The notes beneath the pieces were generated by a model. That model searched no databases. It saw only the letters and a program-made list of their open reading frames with translations, and was not told where the DNA came from. A stretch of DNA of 63,756 nucleotides, counting the filler, from Octopus bimaculoides (lineage: Eukaryota), in NCBI RefSeq assembly GCF_001194135.2. It is 6 parts of 6 records of this genome, joined end to end, with 100 filler letters (N's around TTAATTAATTAA, not from the genome) between each part and the next. Parts side by side here need not be neighbours in the genome. Positions count along the whole stretch, not along the records: positions 62,247 to 63,756 come from NC_068981.1; 5 more parts are not named here. The stretch is one strand, 5' to 3'. The position numbers and the translations under genes were made by a program. This document shows, one piece after another, positions 62,550 through 63,756 of this stretch (position 1 is its first letter; the number at the start of each line of letters is the position of its first letter).

Positions 62550-63756
62550 AATATATGAAGAAAAGAAAAAGAACAACAACATCATCATAAATCATCTAAA
62601 TAACAACACAAGGTAATACGAAGTATAGGAGGGAGATAAATAAAAACAAACCAACAAACAAATAAAAGAATAGAGGAAGGGGGAAGGGAGGAAGGAAGGC
62701 AAAAAAGAGAAGATGTGTCTTGTAGAGGAAGATAAAAGGGGAATGGGTGCTCGAATGCGTAGCCCTCCCCGAGTCTTCTAAGTAGGCGGCCATTATCGCA
62801 TCTGAGCTGATGGTTTTGTTTTGAGTTCATTAAAGGGAGGTAAAAGGAAGGAGGTTTGTTTGGAAACAAGAGAATGTCGACAAAGGGAAGATAACCGGAT
62901 CGATGGCTGCTGAAGGGTTTTAATTCACAAAATAAAATAAATAAATAATAAACAGATAAATGAAAGCGAGAAATGAAGGAGGGGAAAAAGGAGTCATGAA
63001 TAATATTTAAACTTGCTTATAGGGAATAAAAATAAAATTTGGTGAATAAATATGGAAAAAGAGAAAAGAGAATGGGTGGGTTACGGGGTTGGGTGCGAGG
63101 TGGTGTTGGTGTTGGGGAGAAAAGATTAGAAAGGAAAGTTGTGGAATTGCTTTTCTCATCTTCTTGCATAGGAAATTAGGAAATGCTGTTAATGTTCCTA
63201 GAAATACGATGAATTCCTAGTTGAATTTTTAAAAATATATAGTGCTTTACGTACACATACACACGAAACACCATACACACGCGTGCGTGCATGCACACAC
63301 ACACTTTAATACATCGCTTGGGCATTGCAATATGTATGTATGTATCTTTTTATATATATACATGGGAAACTGAACGTGATCTAGGAGTGCTATCAAAGCA
63401 ACTCACCTGATGATGCGCCGGTACACTGCTGCTGGATCATATTTATTTACATAATTATTTATAAATTAATTCATGTAATAGTATGATATGGAAAATTCAG
63501 CAACTGACAGCTGTTACCAACGCAAAGAAACAATTGTTGTGATTTGTAATTAAAACCTGTTCGTTCCATCTTCTTCGTTTATAAATTATTATTATATAAA
63601 TTGTTAATTCATTCTCAGTCGAAAGACGCCTGTTGTTATATTCTTGTTTGTTTGTATTTATAACTGTGTACCATCTTCTCTGTTTTTTGTCTTTGCTGCC
63701 GTACACGTTCGCTAGCTTTCTCAATGGCACTTCTACTATTCCTCGTCTATATATAT

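Overview
AT-rich, microsatellite-saturated animal genomic DNA. The SINE families and repeat landscape look like an octopus genome; this is inferred from remembered repeats, not from a search. About 7.4 kb is N. Five 100-bp artificial joins (44 N + TTAATTAATTAA + 44 N) split the window into six independently assembled pieces. Most long ORFs in the track are artefacts of microsatellites or N-runs. I recognise two host coding exons, both on the + strand. One is a hyaluronidase (GH56) exon carrying the catalytic DWE motif (14402-14646). The other is a 69-nt TBC-domain exon resembling SGSM1/2 (60703-60771). The rest is decayed mobile DNA: R4/Dong-like and CRE-like non-LTR elements, Tx1/L1 fragments, Penelope-like elements, a mariner transposase, a Helitron helicase, Tc1/mariner and hAT MITEs, and several tRNA-type SINE families. 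I do not see a clear-cut new biological system. The best leads are (1) a pile-up of elements in (AAT)n arrays that includes a 557-bp non-coding candidate non-autonomous partner, (2) a long-TIR foldback element carrying an RTE ORF fragment, (3) the lone hyaluronidase exon, (4) a decayed 54-bp (18-codon) repeat, and (5) a 62-bp hairpin-bearing CpG-rich satellite.
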